DNA of 64,000 bases from Candidatus Multivoradales bacterium (GCA_965248925.1 CBDFLE010000006.1:3936001-4000000), one strand, 5' to 3'; counted from the first letter of the stretch, positions 50,269 through 61,497 are shown. The notes: generated from the sequence alone by a model not told the origin. Translations and numbers: made by a program.

Positions 50269-52221
50269 GTGAAATTCGTCCGATCACCTTCGCAGAGGAA
50301 CCATCTCGCCGGCTTGTTGGCCGGCATAGTCTGTAGCTGGTGGCTACCAGCAATAGTGCTAGCGATGCCCCCAAGCGTTGTCACCTCAGACTCAGACAAG
50401 GCCGCGGATTCTGGTAAACGGCAGGTCGGCTTGCATATCGTTCGGCCTGGGGACACGCTGATGGATATCACCGAACTGTACCTGGGTGACCCACAGTTTT
50501 GGAAGCAGAACTGGCAGCTCAACCCGGCCCTGGAGGATCCTAATCTGCTGACTCCGGGGGCGCGGTTGCAAGTCTTGCTGCCGGCCGAACTGCCACCGCG
50601 AACCGCCTTGCTGGTCGGAACGACCCGCCGCGTCGACGACCGCCCGGCACCTTCGCCTTGGGCCTCGGCCGAGCAGAATGATCTGCTTTTTCCCCAGGAC
50701 AGCGTGCGCACCCATCGGGCGTCTTCGGCGGAGCTGGTCTTTCCCGATCGGACCCATTTGCTGCTGACCGAAGATTCTCTGGTTTTTCTTGGTGCCACCC
50801 TACCCATGCGGCGGGGGGTCGAACGGCGGTTGATCGAGATCGTCGCCGGCCAGGCTGAGTTGCAGGGTAGCTCACCGACGAGCATTTCGGAGGAGATCGA
50901 GATCGTCGTCGGCCACGCCCGGGCGATTCCACGGCGTGACCAGGAGGGAAGTCTCAAGACCCGTGCGCGGCGGGTAGGTGATGGTGCTCGGGTGATGGTC
51001 TATCGCGGCCAGAGCGAAGTCGAAGCGGCCGGGAAGACGGTCGAGGTCGAGCAGGGCATGGGCACTGCGGTGGAGCCGGGAGCGCCTCCCTCGCCGCCTG
51101 AGAAGCTGCTGCCGGAACCCGTGATGTTGGCTCCTCTGGCTGGCGCCGAGCGCGTCGAGCGACGGCCGGAGCTGCGCTGGCAGGCCCTCGAGGGAGCCAG
51201 CTCCTACACTGTCGAACTCTGCCTCGATCGCCGTTGCGGCGAGTTGGTGCAGCGGGTGACGGAGTTGCGGCAGGCTTCGTGGCAAGCCTCGGAGGAACTC
51301 GCTCTCGGTGCATATTTTTGGCGCGTTACTGCCCACAGCAGTTCGGGCTTAGACGGCTTTCCCAGCTCGGCGATCGGATTCCAGATCAACGATCTGCCGC
51401 TGGACGAGGTGCCGCCGCGCCTTGGTCTCGAGTGGGTCAATGGCCCTACCGCCGCCTTGGACGGGCAGCTGATCGTCGGTCGCGAGGTGCGCCTGCGGGT
51501 TGTTGCCGAGGACGATGAGAGTGGCCTCGATCATTGGACCGGCCTGCTTGATGACCGGCAGGCGCAGGCCGAGCAATGGCACGGGCCTTGGGCTTCGGGA
51601 CCACACCGGCTAGCGGCCTTGGCGGTCGATCGGGCGGGCAATGAGACCCGTTCCGAGACTCTTGAGATGGTCTATGATCCTGATCCACCGAAGATTTCCT
51701 GGGGCCTTGAAGGGCAAGGTGCGCAGGGGCGGGCGCAGGGCACGGTTGCCGCGGCGGCCAGTGGTTTAACCGGCGGTGCGGCCGGCGGTACGGTGGAACT
51801 GCAGTGGAGCGGAGACCTGCGGCAGTGGCTGCCTACCGGTCGCCAGCGCTGGACCTACCACGCGCAGAAACCGTGGGTGATGGTGCGCAAACATCGGGGG
51901 CGAAATCGTTGGGGAGTGTGGAGCGGTGACCGGGCGCGTCTGCGCCATCGCAACGAGAGGCGGCAAACCGTGCGGATGGAATTCGCTGGACCGCGGACAA
52001 CGTTGCGGCCGCCGGCCGGCGAGGTTGGCTTGGGCGACTCGGGCTTGATACTCACCGCGACTCGAGGTCTGTGGATTGAGGCTGACGATGCGCTTTCGCG
52101 GGTCGAGCGGCTGAGCTTCCAGGTATTGCCGCCGACCGTGGGTTCGCCGGCCCGGTTGGTGGTCGAGGCACGGGATACGGTGGGCAATCTCAGTCGGCTG
52201 GAGTGGGCACTATTGCCCTGA
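50269..52221 (+). CDS. Exported LysM plus FecR-like plus Ig/FN3-like protein
   Basis: HIVRPGDTL (LysM), D.VRT...SAELVFPD.T (FecR-like), AVDRAGN beta repeats. Confidence 0.75.
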   Translation: MKFVRSPSQRNHLAGLLAGIVCSWWLPAIVLAMPPSVVTSDSDKAADSGKRQVGLHIVRPGDTLMDITELYLGDPQFWKQNWQLNPALEDPNLLTPGARLQVLLPAELPPRTALLVGTTRRVDDRPAPSPWASAEQNDLLFPQDSVRTHRASSAELVFPDRTHLLLTEDSLVFLGATLPMRRGVERRLIEIVAGQAELQGSSPTSISEEIEIVVGHARAIPRRDQEGSLKTRARRVGDGARVMVYRGQSEVEAAGKTVEVEQGMGTAVEPGAPPSPPEKLLPEPVMLAPLAGAERVERRPELRWQALEGASSYTVELCLDRRCGELVQRVTELRQASWQASEELALGAYFWRVTAHSSSGLDGFPSSAIGFQINDLPLDEVPPRLGLEWVNGPTAALDGQLIVGREVRLRVVAEDDESGLDHWTGLLDDRQAQAEQWHGPWASGPHRLAALAVDRAGNETRSETLEMVYDPDPPKISWGLEGQGAQGRAQGTVAAAASGLTGGAAGGTVELQWSGDLRQWLPTGRQRWTYHAQKPWVMVRKHRGRNRWGVWSGDRARLRHRNERRQTVRMEFAGPRTTLRPPAGEVGLGDSGLILTATRGLWIEADDALSRVERLSFQVLPPTVGSPARLVVEARDTVGNLSRLEWALLP

Positions 52222-54167
52222 GTGTAGCTCGGAGTCCATGGTTGAAGCCTCTTCGGCTACCGCTGCTGGCGCGTTTGGCACTGACTTTGTCGGTGATTGG
52301 GTTGCTGCCGCTGCTGATCGGCTTTTACCAGCTGCGCAGCAACGAGGATGGGTTGCTAGCGCAAGTCCAGCGCTCGCACATCATTGCCGCCGCTAGTTGT
52401 GCCGAGCGGGTTGCCGCGCACCTTGATGGGCTGCGCACCTTGGCGCAGAGCACCGCCAACCAACCGGCGATTCAGTCCGATCCGGGATCGCCCACCGCCG
52501 GCGAGTTGTTGGCCGGTCTGCTGCACGCCCGCGCGGATGTGGTTTTAGTCGCTACCTACAATCTGGCTGGAGAATCCTATCTGGCGGCTCAGCGGCGCGA
52601 CTTGCGAGCTGAGATCGAGCCCGCCTTGAGCCGTGTCCTGGAATCCACGGAACCGATGGGCCTGGTTGCCGGCAGCAGCGCAGAGTGGCTGTTTTTTCGC
52701 GTTGCCTTGGTCGAGGAACAGGGCTATCTCATTTTGCTAGCCGAAGGAGAGCCGCTGGCTGGCATGGTGCAGGTGATCGAACTCGGTGAGGAAGCGCACT
52801 TGGTCTTGGCCGACCGCGATGGCGAGGTGTTCTACGGTGGTCTCGATGATCTGGCCGAGTTCCCGCCTGGCGCGGTCGAGCTAGCGGCTAGTGGCAAGCT
52901 CACTTCCAGTTGTCAGCGCTATTCATTCGCCGGCGTCGAGCAGTTGGTGGTGGCTCATCATTTAGTTCATGGCACGCCTTGGTTCGTACTTTCCCGGCAG
53001 CCGGCGCGGCAGGCGGAGATCGCCCGTGCGCGCATTGATCGGGCCCGCTGGTTAGCGGCAGGGCTGGTCCTGGTGCTCAGTGGAGTGGTGCTGGCATTGG
53101 CCTACTTCAGCGTCGTTCGGCCCTTGCGCCGGATTGTTGGTGCCCAACGCGAGCTGGCGGGTAGCGCCGCAAAGGTGGTGGCGGGCTCGGAAATTGAGCA
53201 GCTTGAGGAGTCCTTCCGGCTGCTCGAGCAAGGACAGCGCGATCGCGATGAGCTCGGCCAGGTGTTTCTCGGTCGCTACCAGGTGATCGAGCTGGCGGGC
53301 TCGGGGTCGATGGGCAACGTTTTTCGTGGCTGGGATCCCCGGTTGCGACGATCAGTGGCACTCAAGACCATCCGCCTTGACAGTGCCAAATTCGATCGCC
53401 AGAAACTCAGTCAGAGCTTGGTCGAGGAAGCGGTTGCCTACGCCCGCTTCAACCACCCCAACATCGTTACTGTTTATGATGTGTTGGAAGGTGGAGATTC
53501 GACCTGTATCGCGATGGAGTTTGTCGACGGCCCCTCTCTCGAAGCCCTGTTGGCCCGGCATGGGCCGCTAAGTCCGGAGCGGGCTCTGCATGTCGCCATG
53601 GCAGTGGCGCGGGCGCTGGTCGAAGCTCATGCCCATCAGCTGGTTCACCATGACATCAAGCCCGCCAACGTCTTGATCGGTAAGGACGGCGAGATCAAGG
53701 TGACCGATTTCGGCATCTCGGAGTTGCTCTCCTTCGCCACCCGCGACAAGCGGCAGATTCGCGGTACGCCTGGCTACATTCCTCCTGAGAGTCTTGAAAG
53801 CGGCCAATACGACACCCGTAGCGACCTCTTCGCTCTCGGGGTGGTGATCTACGAGTGCTTAACCGCGCGCCAACCCTTCGTGGGCAAGAATCTCCGTCAA
53901 ACCTTGCTGCGCACGGCCACCGAGACACCGGAGGAGCCCAGGGGCCTGGCGCCCAGGGTGCCGCAGCGGTTCTCCGATCTGGTGATGCAGCTCTTGGCCA
54001 AGGAACCTGCGCAGCGTCTCGATTCGGCGCTGGCGGTGGTGGAGGTTTTAGAAAGCTTGGCGGTCGGTATCGAGGACTCGCCCTGGTTGCCCGGTGATTT
54101 GGATCCTGAATTGGTGGCGTCTCCGCGGGACACCCGACACGGTACGCAGTGGGTCGGTCGTGGCTAG
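52203..54167 (+). CDS. Membrane Ser/Thr protein kinase with periplasmic Cache-like domain
   Basis: Two TM helices; GSGSMG, VALK, HHDIKPAN, DFG, GTPGYIPPE. Confidence 0.9.
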   Translation: MGTIALSVARSPWLKPLRLPLLARLALTLSVIGLLPLLIGFYQLRSNEDGLLAQVQRSHIIAAASCAERVAAHLDGLRTLAQSTANQPAIQSDPGSPTAGELLAGLLHARADVVLVATYNLAGESYLAAQRRDLRAEIEPALSRVLESTEPMGLVAGSSAEWLFFRVALVEEQGYLILLAEGEPLAGMVQVIELGEEAHLVLADRDGEVFYGGLDDLAEFPPGAVELAASGKLTSSCQRYSFAGVEQLVVAHHLVHGTPWFVLSRQPARQAEIARARIDRARWLAAGLVLVLSGVVLALAYFSVVRPLRRIVGAQRELAGSAAKVVAGSEIEQLEESFRLLEQGQRDRDELGQVFLGRYQVIELAGSGSMGNVFRGWDPRLRRSVALKTIRLDSAKFDRQKLSQSLVEEAVAYARFNHPNIVTVYDVLEGGDSTCIAMEFVDGPSLEALLARHGPLSPERALHVAMAVARALVEAHAHQLVHHDIKPANVLIGKDGEIKVTDFGISELLSFATRDKRQIRGTPGYIPPESLESGQYDTRSDLFALGVVIYECLTARQPFVGKNLRQTLLRTATETPEEPRGLAPRVPQRFSDLVMQLLAKEPAQRLDSALAVVEVLESLAVGIEDSPWLPGDLDPELVASPRDTRHGTQWVGRG

Positions 54168-54188
54168 TGGGATGCGACTCGAAGAGAC

Positions 54189-54237
54189 CGCGCAGGGTTG
54201 AAACCCCGCGCTAAGTGATGACGTCCCTGTCGGGACG
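54189..54237. repeat. REP-like double hairpin, inverted relative of 1830-1878
   Basis: CGCGCAGGGTTGAAACCCCGCGCTA...CGTCCCTGTCGGGACG between convergent genes. Confidence 0.75.
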
Positions 54238-54273
54238 AGGAAGCAGGAGATCGGGGCTAGTAAGGCGTCTAGA

Positions 54274-57105
54274 TCAGTCGGTGGTGGATTTCTCTTTTGC
54301 CTCCTGACGCGATTGTTCGAGGATTTCGTCGAGTTCCTGGTTGGTCGCCTGGTAAGCGGCGAGGGTCGGGGTGAGCAACTCCTGGCAGTCCTCGGCCCTG
54401 CCTTCTCGGGCTGCCTTCTCGAGCTTGCCGAGGTACTGGGCCAAGGGCATCGCGCCTAGATTGGACGAGCTGCCGCGCAGCGAATGGGCGGCTTGCCTGA
54501 CCGCCGGCAAATCACCTTCTTCTACCGCTTGGCGCAGTTCGTCCAATCGTTCGTGGCTCTGCTCAAAATAGAGGTCAATCACTTCGCTGAGCACATCACG
54601 GCCGGTGCGCTGGCCGAGGGTGCGCAGAATGTCGAGCCTCTCGCTCTCGATCGCCTTGCGGTTGCCGTGGGGCGTTTCGCTCTCATCCACTGGTGCGGCC
54701 GCGAGCCACCGATCGATCAGGGCCGCTAGCTGTTCCTCGCGAAAGGGTTTCGAAAGGTAGTCGTCCATCCCCGCCGCGAGGCATTTGTGCTTATCGCCTT
54801 TCATCGCGTGGGCGGTCAGGGCGATGATCGGAAGGTGCTCTCCAGCACCCTCTCGGTGGCGGATGCGGCGGGTAGCCTCGTAGCCGTCGACTTCTGGCAT
54901 CTGACAGTCCATCAATACCAGATCGTAGGTCCTGCGGGCGACCGCATCGAGAGCTTGCTGTCCGTTCTCGACGCATTCGACGCGATAGCCCATGAATTCC
55001 AGCTGGCGTCTTGCTACTAGTTGATTGACCGGGTTGTCTTCTGCCAACAGGAGGAGGAACCGGGCGCGCTGAGCTTCAGCGGCTGGCATGAGGGCGGTAT
55101 TCGCGGCAGTGGAGTCGCGGGCGAAAGCCGCTGACGAGCTGGCGCGGCGCAAGTAGAGGTCGAACCAACAGGTCGTGCCGCTCCCCGAGGTACTCTCCAA
55201 CTCGATGTCGCCGCCCATTAGCTGCACCAGCCGCTTGGAGATCGCCAGCCCGAGACCGGTGCCGCCAAAGCGTCGGGCGGTGCTGCTGTCGGCTTGGGTG
55301 AAGGGAGCAAAGAGGTGCTCTTGGGCCTCGGGTGGAATGCCGATTCCGGTATCGCTGACCGTGAACCGCAGCAGGGGTTGCAGTGGATGGTCTTGCTGCA
55401 GGGAAATCTTCACCCGAACCTCACCCTGGCGGGTGAATTTGACCGCGTTCGACACCAGGTTGATTAGCACCTGGCGCAATCGAGCGGGATCGCCTTCAAG
55501 TTCAGTCGGTATTCCGCTAGCTGCCTCCAGCCGCAACTCGACCCCCTTCGCCTCGGCCCGCGGCGCCAGCAGCGAGGAGATGCCGCTGAGCAGATCACTG
55601 AGTCGGAAAGGCACGATGTTCAACGACAGCTTGCCGGCTTCGATCTTGGAGAAGTCGAGAATGTCGTCGATTACCTCTAGCAGACCGTTGGCCGAAGAGC
55701 GGATCACCCTGATGTACTCAGCATCCTGAGGTGGCAGCCGGCTCTTGCTGAGCAGCTCGGCCATGCCGATGATGCCCGCCATCGGTGTCCGGATCTCGTG
55801 GCTCATGTTGGCCAGGAACTGGCTCTTCGCCTGATTGGCCTGTTCGGCGGCTTCTTTCGCCAGGTGCATTTCGCGGGCTCGGCGTTCGGCGGAGATGTCG
55901 CGGTTGATCGACAAAACCGCGTCCCTACCGTGGTAGCGGATCGGAGTGGCGAGGATCTCCAGCGCCACCTCGCTACCGTCCTTGAGAAATTGCACGGTCT
56001 CAAATCGCTGGTGTTCTCCCCGGCGCAGGGTATTCGGATCGTACAGTCGGCCCTGCTCGACTTGCTGAGAAATATGGCCCAAGGGCTGGCCGACCAACTC
56101 CTCGCGGGTGAAGCCGAAGAGGGTGCAGGTGCGCAGGTTGACGTCGAGCACGATCTCACTCTCAGCTTCGAAGATGATGATGGCGTCGTGGGCACTGTCG
56201 ATCACCCGCCGATAGTCCAGTTGTCGCTCACGCAGTGCTTTCTCGGTTCGCCGGCGCTCGGTGGTGTCACGGACGATGGTCGAGAAATAGTCCAACGCGC
56301 CGCTGGCGGTGAGATGCGCCAAAACCACTTGCGAGGCGGGTAAACCGCGGCCGTCTCGGCGTACGAACTCGGTATCGCCAGACCAGGTACCGTCGTCGGC
56401 GGCGGCGGGCAACACTTGCTCCTCCATCCGCTGGGCGATCTCTGGCGGATGAAAATCGGCCAGCTGGGTCGACGATAGATTCTCCCGAGCGGCGATGCCG
56501 AGCATTCCGCGGCCGGCCTGGTTGAGATGCAAGATATAGCCCTGGGGATCAAGCATCGCCACCAGGTCGGTGGTGGCATTGAGAATCGCCAGATGGCGTT
56601 CCTGCGCCCGCTCCAAGCGTTTGCGATCGCTGATGTCGACGTACATCGCCCAGGTACCGATCGTCTTGCCGGAGTTGTTGGTCTGCGGCACGGCGCGCAA
56701 CAGGGTCTCGATTACCCGGCCGTCCGAAGCCACCAAATGTCTTTCTTCGGCTTGCATGCTACCGGCCAAGGATCGTTGGTAGTCACCCTTATCGAGCAGC
56801 AGCTCGCGCGATTGGGCGGTGTAGAAGTCGGCCAGCGGTTGACCGATCACCTCATCGCGAACGTAGCCCAGTGCCTTCAGGAACGGGCGGTTGCAGTCGG
56901 TGATTTCCGGCACCCCCTGGTCGAGGCGGGTGATGACAAACATCGCCGGAGCTTGTTCGAAGAAGTCGCGGCGCTTCGCCGCCAGCGCCCCCTCGCTCTC
57001 GGTGTTTGGGGCCGCCGCCAGCGTTGCTTCGAGTTCGGCCACTCGGGCGCGGAGCTCGCTAGCTTGCGCGGCGAGTTCCTTCTCGATCTTTGTTTGCTCG
57101 CCCAT
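54274..57105 (-). CDS. Hybrid sensor histidine kinase (3 PAS, HK, REC, Hpt)
   Basis: [28 protein letters not shown]. Confidence 0.93.
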   Translation of the reverse strand: MGEQTKIEKELAAQASELRARVAELEATLAAAPNTESEGALAAKRRDFFEQAPAMFVITRLDQGVPEITDCNRPFLKALGYVRDEVIGQPLADFYTAQSRELLLDKGDYQRSLAGSMQAEERHLVASDGRVIETLLRAVPQTNNSGKTIGTWAMYVDISDRKRLERAQERHLAILNATTDLVAMLDPQGYILHLNQAGRGMLGIAARENLSSTQLADFHPPEIAQRMEEQVLPAAADDGTWSGDTEFVRRDGRGLPASQVVLAHLTASGALDYFSTIVRDTTERRRTEKALRERQLDYRRVIDSAHDAIIIFEAESEIVLDVNLRTCTLFGFTREELVGQPLGHISQQVEQGRLYDPNTLRRGEHQRFETVQFLKDGSEVALEILATPIRYHGRDAVLSINRDISAERRAREMHLAKEAAEQANQAKSQFLANMSHEIRTPMAGIIGMAELLSKSRLPPQDAEYIRVIRSSANGLLEVIDDILDFSKIEAGKLSLNIVPFRLSDLLSGISSLLAPRAEAKGVELRLEAASGIPTELEGDPARLRQVLINLVSNAVKFTRQGEVRVKISLQQDHPLQPLLRFTVSDTGIGIPPEAQEHLFAPFTQADSSTARRFGGTGLGLAISKRLVQLMGGDIELESTSGSGTTCWFDLYLRRASSSAAFARDSTAANTALMPAAEAQRARFLLLLAEDNPVNQLVARRQLEFMGYRVECVENGQQALDAVARRTYDLVLMDCQMPEVDGYEATRRIRHREGAGEHLPIIALTAHAMKGDKHKCLAAGMDDYLSKPFREEQLAALIDRWLAAAPVDESETPHGNRKAIESERLDILRTLGQRTGRDVLSEVIDLYFEQSHERLDELRQAVEEGDLPAVRQAAHSLRGSSSNLGAMPLAQYLGKLEKAAREGRAEDCQELLTPTLAAYQATNQELDEILEQSRQEAKEKSTTD

Positions 57106-57266
57106 CTAGGATTCCATCACGGGGTACGCGGGCCATTGTATCCGTTGCTCGCCAGCGGCGTTGCGGGTCCTTGATCGGCGGGACCTCGTGCTAGATTCTA
57201 GCGACGATCAAGACCCTTCGGTGCGCTGTAGAAGCTGAACCAGAGCGCGCCGAGACGCCGCACGAC

Positions 57267-57695
57267 TTGCTGGTCGCAGCAATGTTGATTGCCGGATTGC
57301 AAATGCGCATTGTCCGCGCCACCACCGAGGGTGACGACGAGCCGCCCGACTGGCCCGAGTTCAACGGCGGTCAGTTGCTGCGCGACCTGCTGACTTGGGT
57401 CGTGGTCTGTTTGATGCAGTTCGGGCCGGCGGTTCTGCTGCTCTCGCTGGTTGGCTGGCGGCTCTTGGCACGAGAACCGAACCCGTGGTTCTGGCTTGCC
57501 TTTGCCGTTTGTTCATGGCTCGGTAGCGGCTTGGCGACGGTGGCCTTCGGCGCCGCTGCCCACATTGGACGGTTGCGGGTTTTCAGCTTGCTGGGCCATC
57601 TCGAGACCTTCGTCGCCGCTGGCGGCGAGTCGAGGCGATCTACAAGCCTTACCTCTGAGCCGCCGTGCTCCTTGAGCGGCAGTCTTGCGCATTAG
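57267..57695 (+). pseudogene. Probable truncated membrane protein (DUF4013-like fragment)
   Basis: IVRAT..GDDEPPDWPEF plus TM helices; poor start and degenerate tail. Confidence 0.4.
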
Positions 57696-58231
57696 CCCTC
57701 ACCGCTGTCCCGGTCCTCTCTCGGTGCGATTTGCTCGATCTGGCGCCGTAGGCTTTGTTGATTTTTCTGATTCAGCTTTTCCTCGACATCCATCGGTACC
57801 CCTTGTTGTCTGATCTGTCGCCCCATTTCGAGCAGCGCCTCGCGGGTTTTCGGATCGAGTTCTTCTATTGCTTCACCGAGCCTCTCGGTCATCTCATTGA
57901 TTCGATATCGGTACTCCACATCGGATTGCGGCGGCCTGTCGACTCCCAGGATGGCCCGGCCCTGGCTCCAGACCTGGGCGTGAGCCCAATAAAAAGCAGT
58001 GCCCGCCAGCAAGATCAGTAGCACCGCCAGGCCAATGGCGGCGGCCATCGGTGCGCGATTGCCGCCACTCGGTGGTGCTGGAGCGGGGGTCTGAGAAGCC
58101 TTGCCGATCTGCTCGCCAGCTTCTTTGCGACAGCGGGCGCAACCCGGATGGACGGCGGCGTTGAAGCGTAGCCCGTGGGTTGGGCAGGTCTCGATGCGGA
58201 TCTCTGAGCCTTCGTTGTCGGGCATGGGCAA
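57692..58231 (-). CDS. Hypothetical membrane-anchored protein with N-terminal CxxH...CxxC motif
   Basis: CPTHG...GCARC, one TM helix. Confidence 0.6.
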   Translation of the reverse strand: MPMPDNEGSEIRIETCPTHGLRFNAAVHPGCARCRKEAGEQIGKASQTPAPAPPSGGNRAPMAAAIGLAVLLILLAGTAFYWAHAQVWSQGRAILGVDRPPQSDVEYRYRINEMTERLGEAIEELDPKTREALLEMGRQIRQQGVPMDVEEKLNQKNQQSLRRQIEQIAPREDRDSGEG

Positions 58232-58395
58232 ATTCCCGGAGTGTCGAGCGTGATGATCTACCGCCCGCTTCCCCCGCGGCGAGTTGACGAACGGTAGTGG
58301 TCAGTATAGAACGGGTCCAACAACGGCCGAATCAAGGCTTCGGCTGGCTCCTATTCGGCCCGGCGTGGGCTCTTTGATCAGGACCGCGACTAGAC

Positions 58396-59136
58396 GTGAA
58401 CAATCCGCAGCTCTACGAGAGCCAGGCCGAGCTGATCGAGCAGATTTTGGCGTTCACCTGCCGCCGCCGGGGCTTGCGCCCGCCAGCGTCAGAGGATTTC
58501 GCTAGCTGGACGCGGATAAAGCTGCTCGAGGACGGCTGCGGCCGGCTGCGCAAGTGGGCGGGTCAAAGCCAGCTCAGCACTTTCTTGGTCTCCGTGGTCC
58601 AGCGGCTGTACCTCGACTGGCAGAACCACGAGCGGGGCAAGTGGCGGCCTTCGGCCAAGGCCAAGAGCTTAGGGCGCGAGGGTTGTTGGCTCGACCAACT
58701 CATCCACCGTGACGGCCTGGGGGCGGATGCTGCGGTCGAGGAGCTGAAACAGAATCGCCGCGTCGAGCTATCGCGGCGGCAGCTGCACCGCATGGCGGCT
58801 GGGCTACCGGCCCACCCTCCTCGTCGCCAGGTGGGAGAAGAGCCCTTGGCCTTCCATTCCGCAGCGGGTCCGAATCCTGAGCAGCAGATGCTGGCCGAGG
58901 AGCGTCAGAGCCAGCGCGCCGGACTGCTGCGGGCCTTGGCCGAGCTGCGTACCGAGTTGCCGATAGAAGATGGACTGATTTTGCGCTTGCGCTACGAGGA
59001 GGGATTCCAGGTGAAGCAGATCGCTGCTCGCCTCGGCAGCGAGGTACGGCCCCTCTACCGGCGCTTGGAGTGGCTCAAGAAGCGCTTGCAGAAGGCTCTG
59101 CAAGAGCTGGGGTACAGTGGTGATGATCTGGACTGA
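58396..59136 (+). CDS. Sigma-70 family (ECF-like) sigma factor
   Basis: Region 2 STFLVSVVQRLYLDW, GKWRPSA insertion, region 4 LRYEEG...IAARLG. Confidence 0.85.
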   Translation: MNNPQLYESQAELIEQILAFTCRRRGLRPPASEDFASWTRIKLLEDGCGRLRKWAGQSQLSTFLVSVVQRLYLDWQNHERGKWRPSAKAKSLGREGCWLDQLIHRDGLGADAAVEELKQNRRVELSRRQLHRMAAGLPAHPPRRQVGEEPLAFHSAAGPNPEQQMLAEERQSQRAGLLRALAELRTELPIEDGLILRLRYEEGFQVKQIAARLGSEVRPLYRRLEWLKKRLQKALQELGYSGDDLD

Positions 59137-59249
59137 CCCTGCCTCGCGGCGATTGGCGAAGACTGGTGCCTGGGTCCGTCCGATAGTTACGGGCGAGAAC
59201 CGCGCATCGCTGGGGCCACCGCGATGGGCAGAATCTTGGAGAAGACGTC

Positions 59250-61175
59250 GTGAACCCTGAACTAGGCCCCGACCTGGACGAGAGCGATCTAGAGGAGATC
59301 GCTGCCTTGCTCGATGGTCGGCTCAAAGGCGCTGCTCGGCAGCAGGCTTTGCAGCTTCTCGACCAGAACGAGCAGGCATACCAGATCTACGTCGAGAGTG
59401 CCCGCTTCCTCGATTGGCAGCAAGAACAGGAGCCAGTGGCGCCGCTGGGCGAAGCTCTGCCCTCAGAATCGCGAACTCGCTGGCGGTGGCTCGCGGCAGT
59501 GGCTGCGTTGGCGCTGCTCGGCATGGCGCTTTGGTTGGCGAAGTTGACCACCCCACAGAATTCGGAGGAGTTCTTGGCCGGCGCCAATTATGCTCAGCAA
59601 AACAAGCTGCTGGCGCGCCAAATTTTCTCTGGCCTGGAAGGCGGTTTGGTGGCGAGTGATGATTGGCCCGCCTGGTTGCGGCCGCTTCTGGAGCCCTTGG
59701 CAAGTTGGCGCGCGTCTTCGCTCAACGACCTCGTGGCAGCAATGGAGGTGGGCACCGAGCACCACTATCAGATGGCTGGGTTGAACCTTGACCCCGATGT
59801 AGTCGCCGAGCAGAGCGAGCGCTTGGTCATGGGCGTGGTCGTGGGTCGCCAGCGTCAGCGGCTCCGATTGTTGCTCGAGGGGAGACTCGAGCCATCGCTC
59901 AAGAAACTCGATCAATTCGATCTCGCCTTCTACCTCTTCGCCCTGGGCAGCCCGGATTTGGCGGTGCAGCAATTCGCAAGTCTGAGCTCTGAACGCGGGT
60001 CGGGTTTCCAGGGTCAGAGTCTGGCGGTAGCGAATAACCTGGGTCTGGTGCAGCTGCTGCGGGCGCATGAAGGGTTGAATCGCTGTAGTTCGAACCTGGC
60101 AACTGCGGTCTTGCCACCGATGGCCTACGACCTGCGACGCCCATTCAGCGTCAAGCGGGGACTCGGTGAGGAATGGGCCCCATGCGAGGCGATCTTCGCT
60201 CCCCTACTCGACGAAGTTCTCGTCTCTTTCGTCGAGTTGATCGCTCGTGATCCATCCTACGAGCCGTCGCAGATCAACTACATGGCGGCACAGCTGCTCG
60301 GACATCGTGGCGATGAGTTGGCTGCCCATCTCGAGCAGCTACCGGAGGGCCTGCGGCGAACAGCCGCGGTCAATATATTTGCCGCTCTGGCTCCATTGGC
60401 CTTGCGTTACGACGTTTGTGAAGAGGACGAGTCTCTCTGTGCCAGTGCCTTGAAGCAGCTGGACGATTTGCGGGCCACGGCCGTGTTGCCGGGCGCCCTC
60501 GAAGGGCCGCTGAGTTACAACCGGGCGATGATCCTGCGACGGCTGGGTCGAGTCGATGAGAGTGAGTTGGAGTTGCGGCACTTTCTTGAGCTAACGGCGG
60601 GTGGGATCTACGAAGAAAGCGCTCGCTCGAAGTTGCGAACAAAGCAGGTGCCAACGCCACCGCTTGAAGACGCTGAGTTGCAAGCAGCGATCGTTGAAGC
60701 GCTGGACCGCATCGACCCGAATCAGCTCGACGTTCTTCGTCAACAGCCAGTTGCAATCGGTTCGTCGAGCTGGCGATTGCTGCGCCCGGGACCTTCGACT
60801 TCGCTCTCGCTGGTAGTTGCATCTGAGACTCAGACCGTTCTGGCGGTGAGGCTCCTCGACGTACCAGCTAGTCCAGCCAAACTTGGATTCGGCACCGGCG
60901 GTGAGCGCCCAAACTTGCTAGCTCCTCTTCGCCTTGATCTTGGCGAAGGGGACGAACTGTTCGGGTTCCGCCGTCTATCCACCTTGGTCCACGGTCAATC
61001 CGGGTTCGACAACGAAATCTGGATGCGCGGCGGATTGGGTTATCGGGTGATGCGCGGAGCCGACGGCAGACGGCAGGTTCAGGCTCAGATCTTGGTGCGT
61101 CCGGGGTTTATGGAACGGGCAGTCGAGGAAATCGCCGCCGAAGTAGTGTCCGAGGTGGCGTCGGGCACGCTCTGA
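59250..61175 (+). CDS. Putative anti-sigma factor with TM and TPR-like periplasmic region
   Basis: EEIAALLDGRL N-terminus, RWRWLAAVAA TM, NNLG and YNRA TPR-like motifs. Confidence 0.65.
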   Translation: MNPELGPDLDESDLEEIAALLDGRLKGAARQQALQLLDQNEQAYQIYVESARFLDWQQEQEPVAPLGEALPSESRTRWRWLAAVAALALLGMALWLAKLTTPQNSEEFLAGANYAQQNKLLARQIFSGLEGGLVASDDWPAWLRPLLEPLASWRASSLNDLVAAMEVGTEHHYQMAGLNLDPDVVAEQSERLVMGVVVGRQRQRLRLLLEGRLEPSLKKLDQFDLAFYLFALGSPDLAVQQFASLSSERGSGFQGQSLAVANNLGLVQLLRAHEGLNRCSSNLATAVLPPMAYDLRRPFSVKRGLGEEWAPCEAIFAPLLDEVLVSFVELIARDPSYEPSQINYMAAQLLGHRGDELAAHLEQLPEGLRRTAAVNIFAALAPLALRYDVCEEDESLCASALKQLDDLRATAVLPGALEGPLSYNRAMILRRLGRVDESELELRHFLELTAGGIYEESARSKLRTKQVPTPPLEDAELQAAIVEALDRIDPNQLDVLRQQPVAIGSSSWRLLRPGPSTSLSLVVASETQTVLAVRLLDVPASPAKLGFGTGGERPNLLAPLRLDLGEGDELFGFRRLSTLVHGQSGFDNEIWMRGGLGYRVMRGADGRRQVQAQILVRPGFMERAVEEIAAEVVSEVASGTL

Positions 61176-61190
61176 CACCCGCTTGACACC
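61173..61190 (+). promoter_or_regulatory. Putative enhancer 1: TGACACC-N4-TGACACC
   Basis: 11-bp-period direct repeat about 93 bp upstream of a -24 element; repeated at 61480-61497. Confidence 0.65.
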
Positions 61191-61280
61191 TCCTGCCGGT
61201 CTCTTGCCCCGTTGGGGTCATTCTGCATCAAACTGTTCATAAGAAGGATCTTAGGTAATTCCTGGCGCGCTTTCTCGAAG

Positions 61281-61297
61281 CTGGCGCAAGCCTTGCT
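61281..61297 (+). promoter_or_regulatory. Sigma54 promoter 1 (CTGGCGCAAGCCTTGCT)
   Basis: GG at 61283-61284 and GC at 61295-61296, canonical -24/-12 spacing. Confidence 0.8.
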
Positions 61298-61307
61298 TTA
61301 GTCCTTC

Positions 61308-61416
61308 TTGTCTGGCAGCAAGATCCCCAGAACGGGATCGCCGGGCAGCACAAGGACTCCAGCGGAGAACCGCGCACTTCCGCTTTCGAGGACCGCTTCG
61401 GCGGTCCTTCTTTTTT
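61308..61416 (+). ncRNA. Predicted sigma54-dependent sRNA 1 (~109 nt, three stem-loops)
   Basis: Starts at the predicted TSS; ends GAGGACCGC-TTCG-GCGGTCCTT-C-T6. Confidence 0.65.
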
Positions 61417-61479
61417 GCTCTACTGCATCCCTCACCGGTTGTGATGCCGGCCGAGTGTCCGACACTCTACGCACCTGTC

Positions 61480-61497
61480 TGACACCATGCTGACACC
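61480..61497 (+). promoter_or_regulatory. Putative enhancer 2: TGACACC-N4-TGACACC
   Basis: Same motif, about 78 bp upstream of the second -24 element. Confidence 0.65.

Noticed and set aside
61308-61493. 61-aa ORF starting at the predicted TSS, and other ORFs at 61298-61962
   Set aside because: No RBS, runs through a strong terminator and the next enhancer, composition not protein-like
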